A stretch of DNA of 64,000 nt, from NCBI GenBank assembly GCA_951406725.2, contig OX597816.1, positions 73,098,001 through 73,162,000 of the forward strand, in the 5' to 3' direction. The DNA comes from Octopus vulgaris. Lineage: Eukaryota. Positions 14,123 through 27,839 of the stretch are shown here, one piece after another. The notes under the pieces are model-generated. The model saw only the letters and a program-made list of their open reading frames with translations, was not told the origin of the DNA and made no database searches. The stretch's first letter is position 1. Each line of letters starts with the position of its first letter. The position numbers and the translations under genes are program-made.

Positions 14123-15111
14123 ATATATATATAAGTATAAGTATGTCTATATATGTGTGTATGTTTGTCTGTCTGTCTGTTAGATTACATAGTAAATTTT
14201 ATAATAAATCTTAAACGTGATGGAATTCCCCCAAACTGTCTAAAATGAAACAATCTTTTAGCCAAGAAAGGAATATAAACTTGGCTTCACCAAGAGGCTA
14301 TCATGTATTTGAAATCGTGCTTCTAAATTTAGAGACTAATATTCTGGACAGATATATTTAAATGGGGAGAGAGAGAGCAGAAGCGAACGGATTAGCACTA
14401 TTTGCTGATTGTTGACGTTACAGAAGATTACTAAGCCATCATTTCTGTAGAGACCTCAGAGAATATAAGCAATCTGAGTGAAAACAGTTCAAGATTCATG
14501 ATGCAACAATGCAGCTAATTTCAACCGAATCTTTCGATCAAAATTATTCTCATTTATCCAGAAGCTATTATCAAGAAGTCAAATTGATTTTGTACCCTGT
14601 ATAAGAATATTAATTTCAGAAACTGTAATGGGTGAAAATTCTTTTAGCGAAGTTAATTGCAGCCATCAGCAGGGACACAGATATAAAAAGTGGTAATAGT
14701 ACTTAAAGTCAAATTGAGTGAATTACAATCCTCTTCGGCGGATAGGGATTCAAAACACGTAGTCACAGAATTGGTCCTATACAATAAGGGTAAATGGAGA
14801 TACGACATATGTAGCTATATTTCCATGAATCTATCTACTAAAAATACCAATATGTATATGTGTGTGTGCGTATGTGTCTGTTTGTATACAGAGAGAGGGG
14901 GCGACGGAAAATGAGGGAGGAGAGGGAGAAGAGAAGGGCTTTATATTGTAGATAAAAGCAAAATCACAAACATATATATGTAATTTATATGTATGAGTGC
15001 GTGTATTTTTATGCGTATGTGTGTGTGCGCACGCGTGTGTGTGCTCGAGCATGTGTGTGCGTGTGCGTGTTTGTATATATATATATGTGTGTGTATGTAT
15101 ATATATATACA

Positions 15112-15151
<40 letters not shown>

Positions 15152-15300
15152 AAGTGTTAGATAACCAGATAGATGATAGATAAAGAGATAGACAGACAGG
15201 TAGGTATATAGGTTGGTAGGTAGGTACGTGGGTATGTATGTATGTATGTATGTATGTATGTATGTATGTAGGTAGGTAGGTAGGTAGATAGGTAGCTAGC

Positions 15301-15400
<100 letters not shown>

Positions 15401-15866
15401 CAGCTAAAGGAGGCACAACGTCTGCGGAATCACTTGACTCGTATCTGACTATAAAGAACACGACGATCGAATGGATCCCAACCGATCCAGTATAAAGCAA
15501 TAACAACACACATATGAGAGAGGAATGAGAATGTGTAGCACTAATGGTGGTGGTGGTGGTGTGCGTGGTTAAAAAGTACATTTAAATGTTAGAGGATGGT
15601 GGTGCTGATGCATTTCTCGGGGGGTGAGGGTGGCGTGGGGGGGTCGAAAGGCGGGAGATGGTTGACAGGCGGGGTTTAGACAAATGAAGAAGAACGATAG
15701 GAAGGAGACATTGAATAGGTATTTGGATGCTGGAGGCGGTAAGAGTGGACTAATGACAGACAGGTGGAAGATTCAGCGAAAGAGAAAAAAAAAGAGAAAA
15801 AAAAAAGAAAGATTGATAGATAAATAGACAGATAGACAAGCAGATAGATAGATGGATGATAGATAA

Positions 15867-15943
<77 letters not shown>

Positions 15944-15945
<2 letters not shown>

Positions 15946-16110
15946 TGTTTCTTTATTAGCCACACAGGGCTGCACACAGACAGGATAAAATTACAAGGCA
16001 GAGCTTTTCGGGGTAAAAGAAGGGGGTTTGGTTTTCGATCAAAAGGGATCGTAAATGGAAAGAAAGAGGACAAAAAAGGTGGGGGGGATAAAATAAAATT
16101 TAAAAAAAAG
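15944..16110 (-). mobile_element. Retroelement 3' end inserted in (GATA)n
   Basis: Matches 30238-30316 in reverse (agctctNccttgtaattt...gcagccctgtgtggctaataaagaaacata). Confidence 0.6.
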
Positions 16111-16204
16111 ATAGATAGATAGATAGATAGACAGACCGACAGACCGATAGACAGACCGACAGACAGTCAGACAGACCAACAGACCGATAGACAGACAGAC
16201 AGAT

Positions 16205-16280
<76 letters not shown>

Positions 16281-16284
16281 CACT

Positions 16285-16322
<38 letters not shown>

Positions 16323-16325
16323 TAA

Positions 16326-16380
<55 letters not shown>

Positions 16381-16602
16381 TATATATATATAGATAGATA
16401 GACAGACAGACAGATAGAAACAAAAATTAAAGAAGGAATGAATGAAATAAACCTTTATTCGCTGTTAACATTTACGCTTGCACAGAATCGAATACACACG
16501 CACGCGCATTCGTTTATAAACACACGAACTCATGGACTGTTAAACCTACATAGATATGGAGAGACATGTCCTCAATTAAAAAGTATACACACAGAAACAT
16601 AT

Positions 16603-16636
<34 letters not shown>

Positions 16637-16844
16637 GCATACATATACGTGCATGTAGGCATACGCTTCTATATTGTAATTTCTGACGTCCATTACAGAA
16701 AAATGGCGTGTGCCTACATGGTGGTTAAGGAATCACGCTTACATGAACATACACGTGTATCTTAAGTGTGATACTTATGTCTATCAAAGCACTTAACAAT
16801 ACCTATGTATTTATATTTATATATCTTTTCTTTTGTCTTGTCTA

Positions 16845-17240
16845 ATACTCGTTTCAATCATTGGATTGCGGCCATGCTGGAGCACTGCTTTTAAGAGTCA
16901 AACAAATCGACACGCATTACTTAGATTATTTTTGAACCTGGTACTTAGTTATTCAATCGCTCTCTTTTTGCCGAACCGCTATTTCATTGTTGCATAAACA
17001 AACCAACAGCGGTTGTCAAACGGTGGAAGGGAGCCAAACACAGACACACCGACACAAACGAACACACACTCACACACATACATAGATATAAACATACATG
17101 CGATGGGCTTCTTTAAGTTTCCCTATACCAAATCAACTCACAATGCTGTGGTCCGCCCGGAGTTACATTAGAAGATTAGACGCCTTCCTAAGGTGCCTTG
17201 CAGTGGAACTGAACCCGGAACCATGTGTTTTGAAGGGAAC
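16845..17240 (-). mobile_element. SINE family A, diverged
   Basis: tgcggccatgctggagcac...cagtggaactgaacccggaaccatgtg. Confidence 0.8.
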
Positions 17241-17344
17241 CGCTAACCCCATAGACATATCTACGACTTTGTGTGTGTGTATGTATGTATGTATGTATGT
17301 ATGTATGTATGTATGTATGTATGTATGTATCTATCTATCTATCT

Positions 17345-17444
<100 letters not shown>

Positions 17445-18196
17445 GAGAGATAGAGAGATAGAAGGATAGTTGTATATATATATGTATATATGTATATATA
17501 TGTATATATATATGTGTATATGTATATATGTATATATATATATTTGTGTATATATATGTATATATGTGCGTGTTTGTGCGCGCACGCGTGTGTATAAATA
17601 TATTATTTACATTAATTTATTTACACGTTTCAGCCCTAAGGCCGTGGCCATGTTGGGGTACCATACGTACATTATAAATTAAACTGTTAAGGGGATAAGA
17701 AATTTTGTGATAAACTTTATTGGCTTACATCTGTTTCTGCCATGAGATACAATGCACTCGTAGCTGAATGCTTATGTAGCAGCTTATAGCTTCATTAGAG
17801 TTTCAAAAATTAACAACAAAATCTTATGCGAACCCCAAGGGACATATACACCTCCAATTAAGAACTACTGGTATAGCCCTTGGTCAGCTGTTTAGTAAGG
17901 AAACTTATGAATGAAAGATAACCTAGCCATTGTCAAGAAGACTTTGCTGAGATAATGTTGACTGATGTGGATGAATAACCATTCTCAACCAGTCAGGATT
18001 CACCGCATGGTTTGTATTGTTGATCCTTTTGATCGCTGAATAGAAACTATGGCTCACGAGGTCTCCGTTCGGGTGATTTTTATGAGCCACTATCTGATAT
18101 TTGTATGTTAATCCGTCGTAACGTTACCCATTTACAGCCGGGTGGACTGGAGCTACGTGAAATAAAGTGTATTCAGATATAACTAGGCTTAATTTA

Positions 18197-18517
18197 TCGT
18201 GATTAGAGCGTTAAGCTAACGATCGGGAGGTTGGGTTCAATATACTCGGACAGGGCTGTGTGTTGTGTTCTTGAGCAAGACACTTTATTTCCACGTTGCT
18301 CCAGTCCACTCAGCTGCAGAAATGAGTTGCAACATCACTGGTGTCAAGCTGTATCGGCCCCTTTGCCTTTCCCTTGGATAATATCAGTAGCGTGAAGTGG
18401 GGAGGCTGGTATACATTGGCGACTGCTGGTCTTCCATAAACTACCTTGCCCGGCCTTGGAGGGGAACTTTCTAGATGCAACCCAATGGTCATTCGTGACC
18501 GAAGGGGGTCTTTACTG
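18197..18517 (+). mobile_element. SINE family C (tRNA head plus CORE-like ttgagcaagacactt)
   Basis: Head gtgattagagcg...ggttcaat, then ttgtgttcttgagcaagacactttatttccacgttgctccagtccactcagctg; an inverted fragment lies just upstream at ~18070-18172. Confidence 0.7.
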
Positions 18518-18583
18518 CTTGCTCCTTTACTGATTTAGTGTACAGTCATATTTGAGAGAGGAAACCTTCAAACAAATGTGCTT

Positions 18584-18619
<36 letters not shown>

Positions 18620-18657
18620 TCACGCATACGCACACACGTACATATGTACATATATAT

Positions 18658-18748
<91 letters not shown>

Positions 18749-19468
18749 CAGATAGACATGTACATATATATATATAAACACACACACACACATATATATA
18801 TATATGTACGGTTATATACACATACATACATGCATGCATACATACATACATACATACATACATACATACAAACACACATGCATACACACATGCATGCATA
18901 CACACATGCATACATGCACACATACATACATACATACATACATACATACATACATACATACATACATAATGTGTGTTTTAAGATTTATTCTTTATACTCA
19001 TTATTATAAAAAGGCGAGAGTGCATTCACCGAAAATGTCATCAAACAAGAATGAATATCGAATGTGTGTTTATTTTCATTAGAACAATATTATTGTTGTT
19101 ATCGTTCTTACAGTTCTTATCGTTGAAGTTATTGTTATTCTGGTTGTTGGTATTAATGTTATTTTTGTTCTCCTCTAAGAGTTCATGTTGCTGATATTCA
19201 ATGGTCTTTATCATCATTTTTTTAATTTTGATTTTTAAATTACATGCATATAATTAATAAACGCACTTGTATACAGAGGTTTCACCAGCACGATTGCACA
19301 CATGATTTAAATTGATATTTACAATTGAAACACTGGTGTGTGAATGTTTAATTGCTTTATTAATGCTTGCTTGTGCATGTATGAACATTTTGATGTACAT
19401 CCAGTGTTTCAAAGATTGCGTACGTTTTCATGAATGTATGTATGTTTGAATGTACGTGTGTGTGTTTC

Positions 19469-19525
<57 letters not shown>

Positions 19526-20297
19526 CAGAGAGGGAAGTCATGGTGGCTGGCTGGCGGGCGAATTATGGAGTGGTCGGCTTCTGTGTGTATGCATATAATA
19601 AAAGGTGAAACGAAAAATCATTTATGAACGTTACTGTTATCGTTTGTCTGTCTCTGTTGTGTTTCCGTGCTTCTGTACACGGGGCGTTTGTGTGAGTGAA
19701 TTTAAAAGAAAAACATGGAACGCTGAGAGAGTGAGTGAGTGAGTGAGTGAGATATTGGGGGTGGGGGCGATGTGAGTGGGATTGAAGGATCGTTTAAACC
19801 TATTTAACATGTGAGAAAGAATATTTCACCCAAGTACGAACAAGTGTAACGATTTACTCAAATATATTATATACAAAAGCTTTTAAAAAGATATTTTATT
19901 ATAAGGCATTACATATGTATATTATATTAATATCATATATATATATACATACATACATACATACATACATACATACATACACACACATATATATGTATAT
20001 ATATTTATATATATATATATATGTATATATATTTATATATATATATATATAATGCATATATATATATATTCATATATATACATGAATATATATATATGTA
20101 TATATATATATACATATATATATACATATATATATATATACATATACATATATATATATAAATAATGCATGTATATATATATATCCATATATATACATGA
20201 ATATATATATATACATACATATATATATACATATATGATATATTATATATGATATACATGATATATTAGATATATATATATATATATATAATATATA

Positions 20298-20362
<65 letters not shown>

Positions 20363-20466
20363 CACATAGAGAGATGGAGAGACAGATAAATACAGAGATG
20401 TTTATTTTTATATAATATTTTATGTTAATGAATATATAAATAGATATTTATAAGGATATGTGTGAA

Positions 20467-20498
<32 letters not shown>

Positions 20499-20529
20499 GG
20501 TATGTGTGTGTATATATATACATATACGT

Positions 20530-20770
20530 ATAAAGGGATGAAAATCGCTTCCAGAAACATAGCAGCATATGGCTGCTTCCTCGGATTCTGTGGCATGTAT
20601 ATTCACACTCCTGGACATGACGACGGTCCACCGTAGGATTGCTCACTTTTGTTAACGGTCCACTGGGACAACATGAAATGAAATGTTTTGCTCAAGAACT
20701 CAACCGGTTCAGGAATCGAAACTACAATCGTGATCTCATATTTGCAATACCCTAACCACTAAACCACATG
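20530..20770 (-). mobile_element. Diverged CORE-like SINE
   Basis: Minus strand gtggtttagtggttaggg...gtttcgattcc...ttcttgagcaaaacatttcatttca. Confidence 0.55.
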
Positions 20771-21032
20771 TCACCACACACACGCACACACACGCACAAT
20801 CAGATACATATGATATATATAAATATGCATATATATGTGTGTGTATATATATATACACACACATAGATACATATATATATATATATACTCCTATATCCAT
20901 GTATATATATGTATATATATATGTATACACACATATACATATATTATACTCATATATGTATGTATGTATATACATACAAACACACACATACATATACATA
21001 CTCATATATGTATGTATGTATATACATGTATA

Positions 21033-21155
<123 letters not shown>

Positions 21156-21374
21156 CATGTAGGAACAAAGAAAAACATGTGTTTGTGTATATGTTAAACG
21201 AGATTTAATGTGGAGCTAGAGAGCTCGCATTCAATCGATTAATATAATAACACTTCCGGTATGAAGACAAGCGTCTGCAATGGATTCATACCAAAATATC
21301 CATTCATCTCGCATCCGGCTATCTCTTCCCCTATCACCTATCTGTCTATCCACACACGCAGGCACAAACACATA

Positions 21375-21429
<55 letters not shown>

Positions 21430-21480
21430 ACATACACGCTCATATATATTTGAATAGTTCTGTATGTGTGTGTGTGCGTG

Positions 21481-21526
<46 letters not shown>

Positions 21527-21756
21527 TGTGTGTGCGTGCGCGCGTACTTTCGTGAGTGCGTGCGTGCGTGCGTATTTTGAAGTGATTTCGATTTAAGTCT
21601 ATATTTTGAAAATAAAACAATTACAGCATTACAGAATGAGAGACGCATGCCAACCATTTAAAAACCCCACAAATCTTCACTTATTTGGCGTCAAAAGTTT
21701 CATCTCAACAAAAGCGATTTGGTTACTGAGAAATAAAGACAGTGGACTATGAAGGA

Positions 21757-21853
<97 letters not shown>

Positions 21854-22114
21854 CAGATAGATAGATAGGTAAATAGACAGATAGACAGATAGATAATTTT
21901 CGATAATGGTTTCTATAATTGAAACGGTTACAATAAGCCTGTCTCAGTAAAACTTCGAAATCACTATTTACAATATATATCAAACTCTGTAGAAGTAATG
22001 TGCGCAATCAATGGCGGTTTTTTTCTTTTATTATGCGTGGGTATATACAATATATATATTATGATGTATACATACATACATACATTCATACATACATACA
22101 TATTCATTCAAAAT

Positions 22115-22324
22115 GTGACCGCGTGTGTACCGTTGGCGATTTTTTTCCTCCGTCTTCCCTTCTTTGGATATTTCGTTTTCCTAAGTTTCTGACGAAGAGC
22201 TCCGCTCAAAACGTCAAACACTCCTTCTTTCCTTCCTTCCTGAGCGTCCAATAACACTATACTTGTTCCACGTCCTCGCGTTCTGGTGTTTTCTCTTTGT
22301 GTTTTCATGTTTGGATTAACTATA
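22115..22324 (+). mobile_element. Short HHR-bearing PLE-derived element, family P1, copy 2
   Basis: gttt-CTGACGA-a-gagc tcc gctc-AAAA-cg-TC-aaac at 22185-22219; same ends as 6797-7003. Confidence 0.75.
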
Positions 22325-22456
22325 ACTTAGATAACTTAGATATGTTTCGACCAAAGATTGGTCCAGGCCATGTCTAACTTAATAGCACCACCTGATAGGA
22401 TTATTCAAATCCTGTTTAAGTCAAGTTTTGAGTTCTTGTTGGGTGAGTTGTATCCA

Positions 22457-22460
<4 letters not shown>
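22325..22460 (-). mobile_element. CR1-like LINE 3' terminus (second family)
   Basis: Minus strand reads [10 protein letters not shown], then catggcc-hairpin(gaccaa/ttggtc)-gaaac-(tatctaagt)x2 tail. Confidence 0.55.
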
Positions 22461-22516
<56 letters not shown>

Positions 22517-22541
22517 GTATATATATGTATGTATGTATATA

Positions 22542-22611
<70 letters not shown>

Positions 22612-22640
22612 TATATACTGTCAATAATAATAAGGGTAAA

Positions 22641-22716
<76 letters not shown>

Positions 22717-22974
22717 GTAGGTCAAGTACAGGCATATATTTCTAATTTTTACTTTGTGCATTTATCATTGAGTAATCTGGAAGCATGTGTGGTTGTTTGT
22801 TTGTATTTTCTGACAGTTCATATTTTTCTGTATCTTGCTATCTATCCGCCATCATAACTTTCTTTTCCTTCTTCACTTCCTGTCTGTTTCCAATACTTCT
22901 CGTTGCAGTCCTCCGTTGCAGTTGTTGTTCCTGCTTCTATTGCCGTTGTTGTTTTTGCTACTCTTTCTGTTGTT

Positions 22975-23795
22975 AGGGTGATGGGTTGGCAGAACGTCAG
23001 AAAAAGATGTACCAGCCCTACTTTCAGAGCTTAAATTCCGTTGAGGTCAGCTTTACGCTTCATCCTTTAAAGCTCAATAAGATAAAGTACCAATCAATTG
23101 GAAGAGTCCATATAATCGATTAAATCCCTCTTCTCGTAATTCCAGGTCTTGTCTCTGTCTTAGAAACAATTATTACTGTTGTAGTTGTATAAGGCGGCGA
23201 GCTGGCAGAATCGTTAATACATCAGACAAAATGCTTAGCGCCATTCCGGCTTTACGTTCTGAGTTCAAGTTTTGCGAAGTCGACTATGCCCTTCATCCCT
23301 TCGAGATCGATGGAAGAAGTAGCAGTTGAGCACTGGGAATCGATGTAATTGACTATCATCCCCACCCCACCGAAATTGGTAGCCTTGAGAAAAAGTATTG
23401 AAACTGTTATTGTTCATGCAATTCTTCAACGTAGTTCTGAATTCCAAGACTTTACAACCATGACCATCACGATATAATTTCAATAGTACATTATCCAATG
23501 TACCTTTCCAGTTTCTAAAGCATTTAGTAACTTTATCAGGAATGATAGTTTGACTCTAAACTCTCATTTCATTATGTAGGTATCTGTAAAGGCGGCGAGA
23601 TAGTACAATTGTTAGCACACCGGACAAACTACTTAACGGAATTTCGTCTGTCTTTATATTCTGCGTTCAAATTCCACCGAGATCGACTATGTGTTTCATT
23701 CTTCCTGGGTCGAAAAAACAAGTACCAGCTGAACACTGGGGTTGATGTAATCGAATTACCCCAAATCCTGAAAATGCTAGCATTGCAGAAAGATT
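22975..23795 (+). mobile_element. Three diverged SINE family B copies (~22975-23170, 23192-23405, 23590-23795)
   Basis: ggcggcgagctggcagaatcg heads and gaggtcgac...ttcatcc domains. Confidence 0.75.
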
Positions 23796-24009
23796 TCAAG
23801 CTATTATGTAGAAGTCTCTGATCTAGAAATGCATTATACAATTTGTTTTCCCGTTTCATAGGAAAGTAGGATTTGATCCAGTGTGTGCCTATGATCAAAA
23901 TCACTCCAACCACGAACATCACGTATTATTTAGACTAGCAGTTTTGTGAGAGAATAAAGTTTGATATTAGCCCTCGTTCCTCTAAAACATCTTTCTAATT
24001 CTGCCAGAA

Positions 24010-24612
24010 GGCCAGCAAATTTGAGGCAAAAGGAAAGTCGCTTACATCGCTTCAATTAATATTTATTTTATCGAATGCGAAACACAGTAATAATGAACGT
24101 CGACCATGGCACAATTTGAACTCAGAACGAAAAGAGCAGCTAAGCATTTCGTTCGGGGTGGTAACCATTTTGCCAATTCTCTGCCTTCTCATAATATCTT
24201 TTAGAGGAGAGAGTAAGTCGATAATACCGATTCCAGTTCTCAACTGGTACATATTTTTTGGACTCAGAAAAGATGACAGGCAAAGTCGACCTCGGTGAAA
24301 TTTGAATTCGGCATTTAAAGCAGGAACAAATAAGGCAAAGTATTTTATTCAACACTCTATCGGTTCTGCAAGCTCACTTCCTTTGGAGGAAATGCCGATA
24401 AGTATTTCGCCCGGCAAGCTAACATTTCATCCGGTTCGTCGTCTAATAAGCCTTTCTAAAACAGACACAAGGCCTGAAATTTGCGGGAGCGTAACAGTCG
24501 ACTACATCGACCCCAGTACTCAACTTATACTCAATTTATCGATCCCCATAGACGAAAAGCAACGTCGGCCTCGGCAGAATTTGAACTCAGAACATAGCGG
24601 CAGACGAAATGT
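24010..24612 (-). mobile_element. Cluster of diverged SINE family B copies
   Basis: aggcaaagtcgacctcgg...atttgaactcagaac repeated. Confidence 0.7.
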
Positions 24613-24976
24613 TTTACTTCTAATAATATCAATATTTTATTCCATTCTAACTTACTGAAATCTTTTGCTTTAATTTCTTTTAAGTATCTTTTAATTAATT
24701 AATAATTAAACAATTCTATTCAAATTTATTTCTCAAATCGGATGTTATATCTTCTAATGGTATCAATAATTTAATTCTATTTTTAAAGCTATTTGGAAAT
24801 TGTTTGTCATTCTTCGTGTTATTTCGTATTATTTTCTTTAAACTGCCAATGTTCAGGAAATGACAGCCCTGCCTAAGTACATTCAGAGCCTGTTTAGTTT
24901 TTATAACACTAAACAATTCAAGTATGACTAAAATGTTTAACTTTGATATTAAATAATAATAATAATAATAATAATA

Positions 24977-25012
<36 letters not shown>

Positions 25013-25175
25013 TGGAGTCTTTTTCCTCTGTCAATTGACAGACTGCCTCAGTTATGTACGATTATGTATTATTATGACAGACAGTTTCAGTCATGATACC
25101 ATACACACACACAAACAAACAAACAAGCACATACACATACACATGCACACTCTTACACGCATATAAGCATGCATA

Positions 25176-25218
<43 letters not shown>

Positions 25219-25312
25219 AGAGAGAGACACAGGGAGAGTGAGGCAGACAGACAGAAGGAGGTACATACAGACACACACACACACACAAACACACACATAT
25301 ATATATATATAG

Positions 25313-26022
25313 TTTATGAGTAACAATGAGGGGTGAAATTAATTAATTTGGAACAATTATCAATTACACCAAGTAGTCTTCGGCATGTAAAAGCCTCATT
25401 CGAGGAAAATTTAAGTAATGCTAAGCAATTAAGGGTTTAGCAACGAATTGCCTTACCACACACCGAATTTAGAAATAGCAGTCAAAGAGATTATAGCTAT
25501 TTCTTCTACTAAAAGGGAGATCACAGTAAAGGCACAGCATTTGAAAGGCAAACACAAACAGGTAAAAGAGAATGAATTAACGGCAATCTATCATACAGTT
25601 TTAAGTCACCTACGGACGTACGTTTCGAGATCAAGTCTTAGGAAAGCATAAGAATTAGATAACTAGCTTTCATTCATACTTTGAATTTGGTGATACTAGC
25701 TGTGGCTTCTAGCTCGCTCTGATACTGAGTTGAGTTGGTGCCTTCTAGTATCTCAAAATTCAATATTCAATCATTCATGATTGTTAGTATCCTGCGCTGA
25801 CGAAAGAAGAAGTCTGGGTAAAGTAGAGTTATCTAATTCTTATGCTTTCCTAAGACTTGATCTCGAAACGTACGTCCGTAGGTGACTTAAAACTGTATGA
25901 TAGATTGCCGTTAATTCATTCTCTTTTACCTGTTTGTGTTTGCCTTTCAAATGCTGTGCCTTTACTGTGATCTCCCTTTTAGTAGAAGAAATAGCTATAA
26001 TCTCTTTGACTGCTATTTCTAA

Positions 26023-26026
<4 letters not shown>
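25313..26026. mobile_element. PLE-like fold-back insertion in (TA)n with a perfect 200-bp inverted repeat and an HHR
   Basis: 25465-25664 is the exact reverse complement of 25827-26026 by manual comparison; 162-bp spacer; (TA)n on both flanks. Confidence 0.85.
25791..25882 (+). ncRNA. Type I hammerhead-ribozyme motif with canonical core
   Basis: cctgcg-CTGACGA-[long helix II, aagtct/agactt]-GAAA-cgtacg-TC-cgtagg; 6-bp helix I, palindromic helix III, GUC site at 25874-25876. Confidence 0.8.
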
Positions 26027-26072
<46 letters not shown>

Positions 26073-26082
26073 TATAGATATA

Positions 26083-26245
26083 GCAGTGGCCGTGAGGTAA
26101 GAAGCTTGCTTCCCAACCACATTGTTCTGAGTTCAGTCACACTGCGTGGCACCTTGGGCGAGTGTTTTCTATTACATCCTTCGGCCGACCAAACCCTTGT
26201 GAGTGGATTTGGTAGAGAGAAACTGAAAGAAGCCCGTCGTATATA
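26083..26245 (+). mobile_element. SINE family A, 5' half
   Basis: gtggccgtgaggtaagaagcttgcttcccaaccac...ggcaccttgggcgagtg. Confidence 0.85.
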
Positions 26246-26296
26246 TATATATATATTCTTTTACTTGTTTCAGCTTCAAAGCTGCGATTATGTTTG

Positions 26297-26350
<54 letters not shown>

Positions 26351-26400
26351 TAAGACATCATAACTATATGAAGTTTTCTTCAGACATATCAGACATATCT

Positions 26401-26436
26401 TATCCTACTAATCGATGGAAACCGATTAGTAGGATA
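26401..26436. repeat. Perfect 14-bp stem hairpin
   Basis: tatcctactaatcg-atggaaac-cgattagtaggata. Confidence 0.85.
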
Positions 26437-26584
26437 CTAATGTACCAATGGACGCCTGCTACATGCAAATACAAAAGTAAAGTCCGCTGCTATCCTCTTT
26501 TATGTAGGTAAGCCAATAATAAATTTTTATGAATTAATATATAATAGAAGGGTAGATGTGTTTGATATATAACATTACCGAGAC

Positions 26585-26630
26585 AACACAAGACATATTT
26601 CGATTTTATTGGACCTCGTCAGCGAAGGTT
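26585..26630 (-). ncRNA. Degenerate type I HHR motif
   Basis: Minus strand CTGACGA-ggt...atc-GAAA-tatg-TC; core intact, helix I poorly paired. Confidence 0.45.
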
Positions 26631-26754
26631 TGTTTAACTCTTACTTCAAACTTCAAAATATTTAAGAAGCATATAGGGAATTTTTAGAAGAGGGATTGTT
26701 GTTATTGTATATAAGTAAGAACTTATCTTGTCTCTGGAATATATATATATATAT

Positions 26755-26900
26755 AGGGAGTGTTTACGAAAAAAAAAACAAAAGACGAAGACAGGTGGTG
26801 TACAAAACAAACAGATGTATTAGTGTAACGCTCAGGAATAGAAAAAGTCTTTTACGTTTCGAGCCTACGCTCTTCTACAGAAAGGGTCACAGAAAAAGGA
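26755..26900 (-). mobile_element. Short HHR-bearing element, family P2, copy 1
   Basis: Minus strand cttt-CTGTAGA-a-gagc gtag gctc-GAAA-cg-TA-aaag at 26849-26884; (TA)n flanks; homologous to 42100-42260. Confidence 0.75.
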
Positions 26901-26916
26901 TATATATACAGAGAGG

Positions 26917-27034
<118 letters not shown>

Positions 27035-27538
27035 GGATCCCTGTGTCTTGTGTGGATGTTATCTTTGAGTGAGGTATGAATAAGAGTTGAAAAATACTGG
27101 AATAAACACACACGCACGCCCACATGCACACACACACATACACACATGCAGAGTGAGTGAGACAGAGAGAGGGAGAGAGATACACAGATGTACCATGGGA
27201 CGACTGATCCATAAAAACAATAATGCTGACAGAAATATGCTTTTTGAACGCATCCAACTGAATCCAACGAATTATAGTTACAGCTTTAGTCTCGAACCCA
27301 GAACCACTTCGTTAAGAAGCAAACTTCTTTACCACACATCTACCCATTCACGTATCTATCTATCTGTCTGTCTATCTGCCTGCCTGCCTGTCTGTCTGTC
27401 TGTCAATCGATCTATCTACCTATCTATTAGTTTCTGTGTTTGATGGTGCGAATCTTAAGATTTCTTCATCACACACAGACTTTTTAAATATATCACTCAA
27501 CCTTCCATACAAATCTATCTGTCTGTCTGTCTATCTAT

Positions 27539-27606
<68 letters not shown>

Positions 27607-27766
27607 TTATCTATCTATCTATTTACCAATCTATCTATCTTTCTATCTATCTATCATCTGTCTGTTGGTCAATCGATCTCTCTCCCTATTACTTCCCTGC
27701 TTGATGGTATAAATCTTAAAATTTCTCCATCACTGTCTTTTTAAACCTATCACTCTCCTGCTCATT

Positions 27767-27839
<73 letters not shown>

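Noticed and set aside
14593-14615. taccctgta, resembling the 5' end of miR-10
   Set aside because: Only about 9 nt match and there is no precursor hairpin.
22975-24612. CRISPR-like or satellite array of recurring motifs
   Set aside because: Irregularly spaced, diverged SINE B copies in both orientations in eukaryotic DNA.
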